A DNA stretch of 64,000 nucleotides from contig JBNGIO010006161.1 in assembly GCA_049999805.1 (NCBI GenBank), forward strand, positions 1 to 64,000. The letters are read 5' to 3'. This DNA is from Folioceros fuciformis (taxonomy: Eukaryota). Below, one piece after another: positions 19,965 through 32,549 of this stretch. The notes under the pieces were generated by a model that was not told where the DNA came from, did no database searches, and saw nothing but the letters and a program-made list of their open reading frames with translations. The stretch's first letter is position 1, and each line of letters opens with the position of its first letter. Both the position numbers and the translations under genes were made by a program.

Positions 19965-22900
19965 ATGGCTGGCTGGAGGAAAGGAGGCCCCGGTCACCTA
20001 ACTTCAAGGAATCGACGACTCGCAAAAGAGCAAACCGCCTTTCGTAGACGCTCAGCCCCCGCCATTCCTGGAGGATGTGTTGCTGGACACAGATCTTCTA
20101 GCAAGAGTCGTCACCAGGAGCTCTTACTGGAACAATCTGTTGACGATTCCACATTGTGGTGGGAGAATGAGAGCTTCAACAAGAGGAGAACGCGATTAGC
20201 TGAGCGTGCAGGACACGTAACAGCTGAAACGGTGAGCGTCCTCTGTGATGACGACCATCTGAGTGAAGCTGTTGAGGCATTGGGACTCCTGGTGCAGACA
20301 GACTGTCCTATTCCCAAGTCTCTCATATACACCGTCCTGAAAAAATGTGTAGCACGGAAGCATCTTGTTCTGGGTCGCCGTGTCCATGCTCTCACTGCGA
20401 GAAAGGGGTATCAGTCGGACTTGTTCCTGTGCAACCACATCCTGCGCATGTATGCTTCTCAAGGTAGGATGCAAGAGGCAATGGACGTGTTCAACGGGGC
20501 TGCCTACGCGGATGCTTTCATGTGGTCTTCCATAATCTCTGCACATGCTAAACATGGGCAAAACAAGGAGGCCATACAACTGTACCGTCAGATGCGAAGG
20601 TCAAGTGTGAAGCCAGACGGCCATGTATTTGTGGCCGCCCTTCAGGCATGTGCAAGGGATGCAGACTTGCAAATGGGGCAGGAGCTGCACGCTGATGTGC
20701 TGTGCAGTGGGGTTGAGCCTGATTTGTTTGTCTGTAACTGCTTGGTGGACATGTATGCAAAGTGTGGGCGACTGGAGGATGCTCGGAGAGTGTTTGACGG
20801 GCTTGGGGAGAAAGATGTGGTGACGTGGAGTGCCATGATAGCAGGTTATGGCCAGCAGGGCTTGGGCCAGGAAGCCCTTGGTCTTTACAGGGCTATGCAA
20901 GATGAAGGGATGGTTGCACCCAATTCCGTCACATTTGCATCCCTCTTGCAGGCCTGTGCCACTGTCGGCATCCCAGTGCTGGAGGAGGGGAAGCAGCTTC
21001 ATGCAGAAATACGAGATCGAGGGTTGGAAGGTGATGAGTTCATAGCTAGCAGTCTGGTGAACATGTATGCGAAGTGTGGCAGTTTGGAAGATGCTAAGAG
21101 AGTGTTTGACAGACTAAGGCAAAAGGATTTAGTGACATGGAATGCTATGATAGCAGGGTATTCCCAGAAGGGGATGGGGCAGAAAGCCCTTGATCTGTAC
21201 AGTGCTCTGCAGGCGGATGGCATGGCTGATCCTGATTCCGTAACGTTTGTGTGCCTGCTTCAGGCATGTGCATGTGTTGGCCCTCTTGCTCTGGACATGG
21301 GTAAGCAGCTTCATGCACAAATAAGAGAGCGGGGCCTTGAAGCTAACGTACTTGTAGCAAGCGGTTTGTTAAACATGTATTCGAAGTGCACCAGCTTGGA
21401 AGCCGCTCGAAGAGTTTTTGATGGACTTAGCCGAAAGGACGTGGTAACATGGAATGCCATGATAGCTCTATATTCTCAGCATGGCATGGGCCGGGAAGCG
21501 CTTCATCTCTTCAGTGATATGGAAGGAGAGGGAAATGCTGAACCTGATTCTGTTACATTTGTGTCTGTTCTACAAGCATGTGCAGCCATGGGCTCCACGG
21601 CTTTGAAGAAGGGGAGACAGATTCATGTGCAGATTACAGAACAAGGACATCAAGATGATGTCTTTGTGGCCAGCAGTCTGGTGAACATGTATGCAAAGTG
21701 TGGTAGCTTGGAAGATGCCGAAAGAGTGTTCGGCAGACTCGGTCAAAAGGATCTGGTAACATGGAATGCTATGATCTCAGGATATGCCCAGCAAGGCATG
21801 GGCCACCAAGCCCTTCATGTCTTCAGTGACATGCAAAAGGAATCTACTGCTATACCCAATTCCGTGACCTTTGTGTCCCTTCTGGTGGCATGTGCAAGGG
21901 TGGGGACCACTGCTTTGCACACAGGGAAGCAGCTTCATGCACAAATCAGAGAACAAGGGTATCAAACAGATGTACTTGTAGCCAATAGCTTAGTGAACAT
22001 GTACTCAAAGTGTGGGAGCCTAGAAGATGCTCAACTAGTGTTTGAAGGTCTTGGTCACAAAGACGTGACAACATGGAATGCTATGATAGCTGCGTATTCC
22101 CATCAGGGCATGGGCCAGGAAGCTCTTCATCTCTACAAGGCTATGCAGGAAGAAGGCATGGCTGTGCCTGATTCTGGGACATTTGTGTGCCTCCTGCAGG
22201 CATGTGCAAACGTGGCTGCCTTGCATGTGGGAAGGCAGCTACACGCACAGATAGTACAACACGGGCTTCAAGCTGAAGCGTCAGTAGCCCACTGTTTGGT
22301 AAGCATGTATGGAAAATGCGGGAGCATGTTTGATGCACAGCAAGTTTTTGACGAATTGCGATGTAGAAACATTGTCGCCTGGAACGCTCTGATCGGAGGA
22401 TACAACCGGCAAGGAAATGTTGAACTGGTCTTGGACTTGGTTGTGAGAATGAGAGAGGATGGAGTACAGCCAGATGCTGTCACCTTCGTGGGTGTCCTAA
22501 TGGGGTGCAGTCACGCAGGTCTAGTGAGCTGGGGGCAGGAGTACTTTCAGGCTATGAGCAGCCACTACAGCATCGCCCCCACCCTGGAGCACTACACATG
22601 CATGGTGGATCTCCTCGGCCGCGCAGGCCTACTGGATGAGGCCTTGGCTCTGATCAGGACCATGCCTATGCTGCCTGATGCTGCAGTTTGGTACACCCTG
22701 TTGGGCGCTTGTCAAAAGTGGGGCGATGTGGACACAGGACGCCATGCTTTTGATCATGCAGTGAAGCTAGACGTGAAAGATGGTGCAGCATATGTTTTCA
22801 TGTCGAACATCTACAGTGGTGCTCGGATGGGGGGGCAGGCACGGGAGATGCAGAAGAGGAGGATAAGAATGAGGGCATGGAAGCAGCCGGGTTACAGCTG

Positions 22901-22967
22901 GTGGACAGACATGGCGGGGCTGGTGCATTGTTTTCTGGTCCCGGGTACGAAGCACCCCAATGCTTGA
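19965..22967 (+). CDS. PLS-class PPR protein (PPR5), 1000 aa, E1/E2, WW-type PG box, DYW truncated
   Basis: PLS triplets with 7 S motifs; ends KQPGYSWWTDMAGLVHCFLVPGTKHPNA*. Confidence 0.95.
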   Translation: MAGWRKGGPGHLTSRNRRLAKEQTAFRRRSAPAIPGGCVAGHRSSSKSRHQELLLEQSVDDSTLWWENESFNKRRTRLAERAGHVTAETVSVLCDDDHLSEAVEALGLLVQTDCPIPKSLIYTVLKKCVARKHLVLGRRVHALTARKGYQSDLFLCNHILRMYASQGRMQEAMDVFNGAAYADAFMWSSIISAHAKHGQNKEAIQLYRQMRRSSVKPDGHVFVAALQACARDADLQMGQELHADVLCSGVEPDLFVCNCLVDMYAKCGRLEDARRVFDGLGEKDVVTWSAMIAGYGQQGLGQEALGLYRAMQDEGMVAPNSVTFASLLQACATVGIPVLEEGKQLHAEIRDRGLEGDEFIASSLVNMYAKCGSLEDAKRVFDRLRQKDLVTWNAMIAGYSQKGMGQKALDLYSALQADGMADPDSVTFVCLLQACACVGPLALDMGKQLHAQIRERGLEANVLVASGLLNMYSKCTSLEAARRVFDGLSRKDVVTWNAMIALYSQHGMGREALHLFSDMEGEGNAEPDSVTFVSVLQACAAMGSTALKKGRQIHVQITEQGHQDDVFVASSLVNMYAKCGSLEDAERVFGRLGQKDLVTWNAMISGYAQQGMGHQALHVFSDMQKESTAIPNSVTFVSLLVACARVGTTALHTGKQLHAQIREQGYQTDVLVANSLVNMYSKCGSLEDAQLVFEGLGHKDVTTWNAMIAAYSHQGMGQEALHLYKAMQEEGMAVPDSGTFVCLLQACANVAALHVGRQLHAQIVQHGLQAEASVAHCLVSMYGKCGSMFDAQQVFDELRCRNIVAWNALIGGYNRQGNVELVLDLVVRMREDGVQPDAVTFVGVLMGCSHAGLVSWGQEYFQAMSSHYSIAPTLEHYTCMVDLLGRAGLLDEALALIRTMPMLPDAAVWYTLLGACQKWGDVDTGRHAFDHAVKLDVKDGAAYVFMSNIYSGARMGGQAREMQKRRIRMRAWKQPGYSWWTDMAGLVHCFLVPGTKHPNA

Positions 22968-23184
22968 TGTGCACTGAGATGTAGTCACGAAATGTAAAAG
23001 GAGGATCACTGAGCTCCTTGTTTAACATACAACTCACAGGTTCTACACTATTGAACAGAGACACAAAATGTAACGACAGTTGAGNNNNNNNNNNNNNNNN
23101 NNNNNNNNNNNNNNNNNNNNNNNNNNNNNNNNNNNNNNNNNNNNNNNNNNNNNNNNNNNNNNNNNNNNNNNNNNNNNNNNNNNN

Positions 23185-23326
23185 AAGGCTGTCTGGTCCT
23201 TCACAACCCTTGACATCGTGGTAACAAAGACATTGGCTGTACGATAAGACACTGGCTCCCTTGCTGTATCCAAGGCTGTCTGGTCCTTCACAACCCTTGA
23301 CATCGTGGTAACAAAGACCTTGGCTC
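23185..23326. repeat. Tandem repeat with 87-bp period next to an assembly gap
   Basis: AAGGCTGTCTGGTCCTTCACAACCCTTGACATCGTGGTAACAAAGAC starts at 23185 and again at 23272. Confidence 0.85.
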
Positions 23327-24332
23327 TCTCCCCTACCCTTGGGCTTTTGTTCAGTGTCACCACAACTCAATGTAAATATGTAGGTTTTACAGGAAAGAGA
23401 CAGAAGAGCTTGCACAGTTCTTGCAAGTGCCCGATCAACGGATGACTACTCGGATGGAGAACTGGTTTCTGCAGTAGGGTGAAACCCAATCTCTTCATTT
23501 CTCACTCTACCATCTCTATTGCACCTCGCGTGTCTCGTCACTCCATGCCGGCTGAAAGAACACAGTGAGATTCTCCGTCGCGCACGTCTGGCTGATTGGA
23601 CACAGTTAAGGTGACCGCCACATTGTTGTCTGAAAGAAGGAACAAGAACAAGAATGATTCCTCATTCCCGAAGCCGTGCCGTGATCTCTCAAGGTCTTCT
23701 CGGGGCAGCCGCAAGCCAATAGCGGACACGGTGGTCCATGATCCCTTCTGTTGAACAACAAAACAAACAGATCATAGTGCTCTCCACGAACGTTACTGTG
23801 GACGCCCTCGGGGTTTTCCGGGCTAGCTGTGCTATGCTGGCTGCGTCGGGTTCTTCAAATCTGTATGCAAAAGCGCTTACAGAATCTGTTTACGTCATGA
23901 AACGGAGCAAAACCCGAATCTGGATACGAAATCTGGCAGCCTCACGCAAACCAATAATTCCAGATAGCGCAGGGCCCGGGCGAGAATGCGAAGATGCAAG
24001 CGGAGGAGGGATCGAGAAAAATATCTGTTTCTGATTGTTGTGCAAAGTGGAAGAAATGGTGGTATCTGTCTGCGTGCGTTGGGATAGAGAGTGGATGCAG
24101 GTGGGGCCAGTCCTATTTGGGCCTTATTACAGCAACTACAGTTGGGGACGGACCAGGCTTTCCTGGCCGCGAGTTCCTTCAATCCTCTTGTCTTGGCCTG
24201 GCAAAGTGCGTGTTGTTGCGCCTCATCGACTTCGTCTCGTTCAGTCTCGTCGTGCGATACTCGGCAGAAGCGGGTGCAGCGGGAGTAGCGGAAGCAGTTG
24301 CACGGCAGGGCAGGGCAAGGGGCCAGCCAGCC

Positions 24333-26253
<1,921 letters not shown>

Positions 26254-27069
26254 AAATGACATACTAGTAATCGCAAATCGCTGATTTTGATAAATATTTG
26301 AGAGCAAGATTACAGACGGGTGTAGCTATGGAACCAACGTGCTACTTTAGGAAAGTCTGAGTGGCGCGCGGTTCAGAGTTAAGCAATTCCAAGTTACAAC
26401 TAGATCATTCAATTGCTCGGGCGTCTGATCATGTACTCTTATCTGATGACCTTCAGTGTATCCTTCAGCAGTAGCTTGTGGGACTCATCAGGTTGCGCCC
26501 ATCTTTCTCCTCACGGAAGAATTCTTTAAAAATAGGTGACCAAACCGTCCGAGACGGAACTCGTGTTTTTTTAACTGGCTTGGTATACGAGAAATTTCCA
26601 GTTACGTATAAATCAGCCTGTCCGGATCTTTGGGTTGCTCTGTTGGTGACGCCGAACATTCCCACTTTGACCTCACGACAACAAAGTTGAGCAGATCGGC
26701 AGCAAATGTGTAAGCCACCTCCCTGGACCCTAGCAGCTTGGCACGCGACAAGGCGGCAGAGAGATCTCGCTGGCCAGTCACGACTGCCCAAGGAAAAGTA
26801 ACGCACAACAGGAGAACCATACGCTCGCGGCCAGAACGTATGGACCACTCGCACACGGGCGAGTAGCAGGACAGGGCCGGTATCTCGGCTGATGAGGCTG
26901 AGGTGAGGAGGTGGCAGGTTGGGAGCCGCTCCAAACCCCCAGCCTTGCGAATACGGTGTGAAGATCTTGGTGCCACAGCCAACGGGTGTCCAGCCCTAGC
27001 CCAGAGACTTGTGGCGGGAGGTGCGGAGCGGGAGCGGGAGTGGAGGACGAAGGCGCCGGCTGGTGGACG

Positions 27070-27567
27070 ATGTCGCTCAGAATCAAAGCTGTGGTGGAAA
27101 ATTTTGTGCGGGAGTTGAAAGAGGCCATGGAAGCAGACATTCACGATCGCATCCTCAAGGACCGGGAAATGAAGAGCTACTTGGAGGAGCGGGAGCGTGA
27201 AGTCGCCGAGAGGGAGGCCGCTTGGAAGGCCGAGCTTGCGCGGAGAGAGGTACTGTTCGGTTGCTTTGTCCCGGAGTGATTTGGATCTGGGACTGTCCGG
27301 CATAGAGATGTGGATGTCGTAGGGATGGCGAAAGACCGTCAGAACAATTGCCCTAGACATGCACCTCATCTGCTGATCCTGTGCGTTTTGCAGGCGGAAA
27401 TCGTGAAGCAGGAGGCGCGGTTGAAGCTGGAGCGGGAGAATCTTGAGAAGGAGAAAAGCGTGCTTATGGGAACAGCCTCCAGTCAAGACAACCAAGATGG
27501 AGCCTTGGAGATTACTGTCAGCGGGGAGAAGTACCGCTGCCTCCGTTTCTCGAAGGCCAAGAAGTGA
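27070..27567 (+). CDS. Small coiled-coil protein of unknown function, 117 aa; exons 27070-27249 and 27394-27567
   Basis: MSLRIKAVVENFVRELKEAMEADIHDRI...EREAAWKAELARRE|AEIVKQEARLKLERENLEKEKSVLMGTAS...GALEITVSGEKYRCLRFSKAKK; in-frame GT-AG intron; resembles a conserved plant protein I cannot name. Confidence 0.88.
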
Positions 27568-28892
27568 TCCTTTGTGGTGCCTGGAATGGATGCGTCGCCG
27601 CATCGGTGTTTGGCAAGCAGAGTTCACTCTCCCATAGCCCGGGAGCGTGTTGCTTGTAGTCGGATGCAGGTTGTCTGTAGTGGTTTGTGGAGGTGTTGAA
27701 GAGTCTTGGCAGCTCTGCTTGTGGCCGGAGCGCGATAAAGTTCGTCCACGTACTTCGACTGGAAGACGCGCCATTCCATGCAAGGTCTGTTATTCTGCAG
27801 CAGGACGGGTTCAAGGTGTTTGCGACACACGGGGCCGCGCAGACTTGTTCACTTTCTTTCATGGATGTGCAGGAGTGATGAATCGCTGATCCCTGTGGAC
27901 TCCTTGTCTTCCTCGATGCGGTTTTTTCGAAGAAAATTGACGACTTGGCGGAGGGGCCTGGGTTGCGGTGACTTGTTCACCTGTCAGTTGTGTGGGCCCA
28001 TGCGATTGTGGAACAAGATGTGTGGTGTTTTCAGGTCAGCTCGTGCTTCACCTGATGGACGAGAAAGCGTCCCAGGCATTCCAGCGCCTCTTCGGTGGTC
28101 TGCTGATGCGTACATCGTGCACAGGTACGATAGTTCTGATATGGGAGTTTCCTCATCCTCGGTGTGACATGAGAGTCCTTCGAAGAGATGATGTGCTCCC
28201 GTCGCTACTGTGGGGCTTGGATCGAAATTGAAGCAACGTCAATGATTTTTACAGTTGACACACTGCCTTTTACGCTGTTCCTCACGCCCCTATGCCCGAG
28301 TGCACTCGGCATACCTTCTTCAGTCAGGATCTGAAAAGAGTGAGTGCGAAAGTTGCAGGCTCATCTGGCCATGTGTTGTTGAAGGGCGATGTGCCTTGTG
28401 CCGGCTATAATTTCTAGTCTTGTTTGTGCTCTCGTCAAGTGAGCGCAACTTTCACATGTAAAACCTCCGTCCGCATTGTGCTCTGACCTAAACCCAGATA
28501 CTCCCGTGTGAAGGAGTTACTGTTTTTTGGCGCGCTGATTTTGAATCGGTGGCCCAGGTACTGAGTTGGCCACTTCTGTGCCCCTCTGATGCGAACACCA
28601 GCTTCCTGGAGGTCGCCTGCTCGTAGCAAGCAACCTGCTATTACAATTGTACTCCGCGACTCCCTCATCAATTGTCTCTGCAGTGCCCTGAATTCCGTCC
28701 TTCCTGCTGACCGAAATGCGCCAATTTCACGAAGATTCTGCCAGGTTTGACACCAATCCACTACACTGTGTTTGTCACTTTGATCTTTGAGTCTGGCAGG
28801 GGCAGGCGAGGTGGTGGAATGCTTCGAGCGCTTCTTTGCAATGCAGTGTCCTTGACCTAACAGGACGCATCTGTCCTTTCCCTGGAGGGGCC

Positions 28893-30155
28893 ATGGATGT
28901 CTCCGATCATACCGACAGCTGTGAGGAGAAGGTAAGCACAGCAGAGGCCCTTGGTGCCTCGGCTGACCTCGCAGAATGCACCTGTCCGTTGCTTCGAGCG
29001 GCCATGGATGGCTCCGATTTCATGGGGGAAGCAGCCGCGGTTGCGGCCGAAGAGGAAGACCAGGCTACTGACATTTGTGAGCAGGGTGTGGAGGAAGAGA
29101 AAGAGGAGGAGGCTGCTAATATTTGTGAGGAGGACGGTAGCACATCAGATGCCATTGGTGCGTCTGCTGACCTAGCAGGACGCATCTGCCCTTTGCCCGG
29201 AGCGGCCATGGATGTCGCTGATTACGGGGACGAAGCAGTGCAGGTTGATGAAGGAAGAGACAGGGAAGCTGGCATTTGTGAGGAGGATCCGATCACAGCA
29301 GTGGCCATTGGTGCCTCATTGCCTGCTGCCGTAGTCAAGGATGGGAGTAACGTGGTTGTTGGTGTGAAGCGCGTCTCGGCCTACCTTAGATTTTCGAACC
29401 AGAACCGGGAGCAGGTGAAATCAAAGATAGTCGGCACAGGAGGCAAGCCGACAGCCGTTGCCTTGGCGAAAGCTCTGGGCCAGCTCTGGCAATCTCTCAC
29501 GGATGCAGAGAAAGAGGTTTTCAAGCGACCTGCGATCTGCGGCGAAGGTGAGCAGGAGGATGAGGTGGGGGCCGCTCCAAAGGATGCTGTTTGCGATGTT
29601 GCCGGTGCTCAACCCACTGACTCTGGTGCCGAGGAAGGAGATGCCCCGGCACCGGCTGCCAATGCCAAGGAGGCAGTCGCACCAGGTCACGGAGATGACA
29701 AGGAGGTAGCTTTTCTAGCAGAGAAGGATTCTGCAGCGTTTCCCCTGGCGAAGGTGAAGCGTATCGTGAAACTGGATCCCGACATCCGGCTTGTCAGCAG
29801 CGGCGGAATCAGTGCTATAGCCAAGGCGACAGAGCTTTTCGTGGAAGCCCTCGCGTCGTCCACTTTTGATGTTATGGTTGGTAGCAAACGTAGAAGCATC
29901 AGGGCTGAGGATGTCTGTTCCGCTGTCAGAAGAGATCCGAGGTTTCGCGACTGCATCGGCACTTCCCTCCAGTGCATGGAGAAAGCAGACACTGACGAGA
30001 GCAATGAGGAAGCCACAGAAGGGCCCCGCCACGGGGAAGCAGGCAAGCATAGAAGTGGCGCGGGTGAGGCCAAGAACAAGAGAGTGAAGAAGGCGCTTCC
30101 ACCTCCTCCAGGCAGTCGCAGCATCGCCGACTGCTTTAAGAGATTGACGAACTGA
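28893..30155 (+). CDS. HMG-box plus H2A-like histone-fold protein (DPB3/POLE4/NF-YC/CHRAC type) with acidic repetitive N-terminus
   Basis: HMG box KRVSAYLRFSNQNREQVK...LAKALGQLWQSLTDAEKEVF at about 29367-29527; histone fold FPLAKVKRIVKLDPDIRLVS...IAKATELFVEALA...KRRSIRAEDVCSAV at about 29739-29960. Start uncertain (in-frame ATGs at 28893, 29004, 29208). Confidence 0.85.
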   Translation: MDVSDHTDSCEEKVSTAEALGASADLAECTCPLLRAAMDGSDFMGEAAAVAAEEEDQATDICEQGVEEEKEEEAANICEEDGSTSDAIGASADLAGRICPLPGAAMDVADYGDEAVQVDEGRDREAGICEEDPITAVAIGASLPAAVVKDGSNVVVGVKRVSAYLRFSNQNREQVKSKIVGTGGKPTAVALAKALGQLWQSLTDAEKEVFKRPAICGEGEQEDEVGAAPKDAVCDVAGAQPTDSGAEEGDAPAPAANAKEAVAPGHGDDKEVAFLAEKDSAAFPLAKVKRIVKLDPDIRLVSSGGISAIAKATELFVEALASSTFDVMVGSKRRSIRAEDVCSAVRRDPRFRDCIGTSLQCMEKADTDESNEEATEGPRHGEAGKHRSGAGEAKNKRVKKALPPPPGSRSIADCFKRLTN

Positions 30156-31646
30156 AGGCCTGTACAGGGACTGCAGGGCCCAGGACATGGGATTCTCAAA
30201 TATCGGACAGAGAAGGTCTCGTTGGCTGTGGAAAGCTTGCCCACGAATCTTCTGGGTGGAAACCGTGTCTCAGGTTAAGCCAAGCTTGCTGGCGTTGTAG
30301 TTCGTCAACATCGCCGGAGGGGTTGCAGTGTCGGAGGGGTTGGGCGTCCAGTTTCTACTCTGCTGCTCTCAAGTTGTCCATTTTTCAGTACACTAATGGC
30401 TGCTTCATACAGCTTGTCACGTAGCAGCAAAATGAGATACAGCGGTTGTATCCATGATCTGAGGATCTCTCAGGTAACCTTCTTTCTGGATTACCGTAGT
30501 GGCGGGAAGGTAGAATTGCTGGAGGGTGCGGCTTGTTTCTTAACGGTTTTTCTCCGTTACTTCCCGTCAGCATGCGACTGAACCACCCATCATGTTCATA
30601 CGTTGTGCCAGATAGGCTTACTTGCGGGCACTTGTCTGGTAGACCTGTTTAGTTAGTGTGCCCATGCACGCCGGGTTTAAGATAGCTTGCACGCAACAAG
30701 TGCGGTGTCACGGACTGACCAGTAACGACAGATCCGCCTGGTGAGGCGGGGGAATTTGTTGAGCTCCTGGCTTGGATGGAGGAACGTTTGGCGTTTCTTG
30801 TCCGGACCAGGCCAATGGGAGCTTGTTAGAAGGAGGCCGGCGTGAAGATGCACCACCAGAGCCTCGTCTTTTCCCTTATTTTCCGTAGTTAAACACTGTA
30901 CTATACTATAATGTGGCCCCTAAAAATCTTTAAATTATATCGGATAAACTTCTCTTCGAGAAAGTAGGTAAGAGGCCCAAATTGGACCAACTGTACCACG
31001 TCAATTGTAATGTTCGTTGATGAAATTGCATATACAGGAGAAATTATGTCCCCAAACCCTAAACTCAGATTTGTCCACCCTATCCCGTCTCTGGTTTGTT
31101 TGTTTGTTGTTTCACACTTGATGTAATTCCCTGCTACTCCTGCGGACCTCGAAAAATGTTTTTCATCGTATGAATTTCTGGTGTGTAAGGTGCAGCTTGC
31201 AGGTTGCTCACGGGCAGATGGTATGGAAGCCCTGACAACTCCTTCANNNNNNNNNNNNNNNNNNNNNNNNNNNNNNNNNNNNNNNNNNNNNNNNNNNNNN
31301 NNNNNNNNNNNNNNNNNNNNNNNNNNNNNNNNNNNNNNNNNNNNNNNNNNNNNNNNNNNNNNNNNNNNNNNNNNNNNNNNNNNNNNNNNNNNNNNNNNNN
31401 NNNNNNNNNNNNNNNNNNNNNNNNNNNNNNNNNNNNNNNNNNNNNNNNNNNNNNNNNNNNNNNNNNNNNNNNNNNNNNNNNNNNNNNNNNNNNNNNNNNN
31501 NNNNNNNNNNNNNNNNNNNNNNNNNNNNNNNNNNNNNNNNNNNNNNNNNNNNNNNNNNNNNNNNNNNNNNNNNNNNNNNNNNNNNNNNNNNNNNNNNNNN
31601 NNNNNNNNNNNNNNNNNNNNNNNNNNNNNNNNNNNNNNNNNNNNNN

Positions 31647-31977
31647 ATGCACCTGCTGCGCCTTGGGCTGCTCTCGGTTTGAGAAATTCGAGGGCCGGGG
31701 GGGGCAACAAAGGCCGCTGTGCTTCCTTTGGCTTACAGGTGCGGGTTCATCTGCGCTGTGATGTGGATTGGTGGCAGGTTGGGAGTACTGTACTCATCTG
31801 TTGCTGTCCTGGTTGCTCATGTAGGTGGAAACAAGACGGAATTTCGCCTCCAAGTTGAAGCATCCCAAGATTAAGTCCTACTCGTCAGTAATCTAGTGTT
31901 CATAATCCGTGCCTGGCCACCTTCATTGTTTCCTGTGAGAGCACCGATGTGTTGGCTGATTGCTCCTCTTGTGTCAC
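31647..31977. repeat. Segment duplicated in direct orientation at about 51190-51569
   Basis: GTGCGGGTTCATCTGC...GTAGGTGGAAACAAGACG...CCTCCAAGTTGAAGCATCCCA...CACCGATGTGTTGGCTGAT...CTCCTCTTGTGTCAC occurs at both places. Confidence 0.9.
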
Positions 31978-32549
31978 TCGTCCTAGGGTTCGGGGTCAGT
32001 GTTTGCAAAAGACCCGGCAACTATTTTCTGAGGCTCCTGTTTTGTGCTCTGTTTTCAGTTCGTACAAGCTGCGATTCCGGCCCTTGGCCAACGGACTCTA
32101 CAAGAGATGGAAAGCTGGAAAGCGTCACAATGCCCATTCCAAGGTTTACTTATGACAGTGCTCTGTGGGGTTTTTCTGGCGGGCGAGTCTAGGTTTGGCA
32201 CCCCGTGTGGCTGTACTGAATGGACTCTGGGTTGCCTGTTTCACGCAGAGCAACAAGCAGCAACGACAGTTACGGATTCCCTCGGTGGCGCCGCCCGGTC
32301 TTGCAAAGGCTATGAAATATTTGAACTTTCAAGGTTAAGGCCTTGAAGTTCCGGATGCTACTTTGTCGATTTGGGCATCTTGTATTTGCTCCTGGATGGT
32401 GCGTACAAGAGCAGAGAATTGGGTGTATCTTCATTTTTCAGTTTGCATTTCGCCTTCAGGATCCACCCAGGTGTACCACTGCAGGTGCATGATACTGATC
32501 GGAAGAAGGGGCCGATCGATCATACTTTCAGGGGCAAGCGCAGAGAGTA

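Noticed and set aside
4447..22900. Many short antisense or alternate-frame ORFs with recurring MKLLP... or MECHD... text
   Set aside because: Shadows of the repetitive PPR coding strand.
30901..31858. ORFs spanning N-runs
   Set aside because: Artefacts of translating through assembly gaps.
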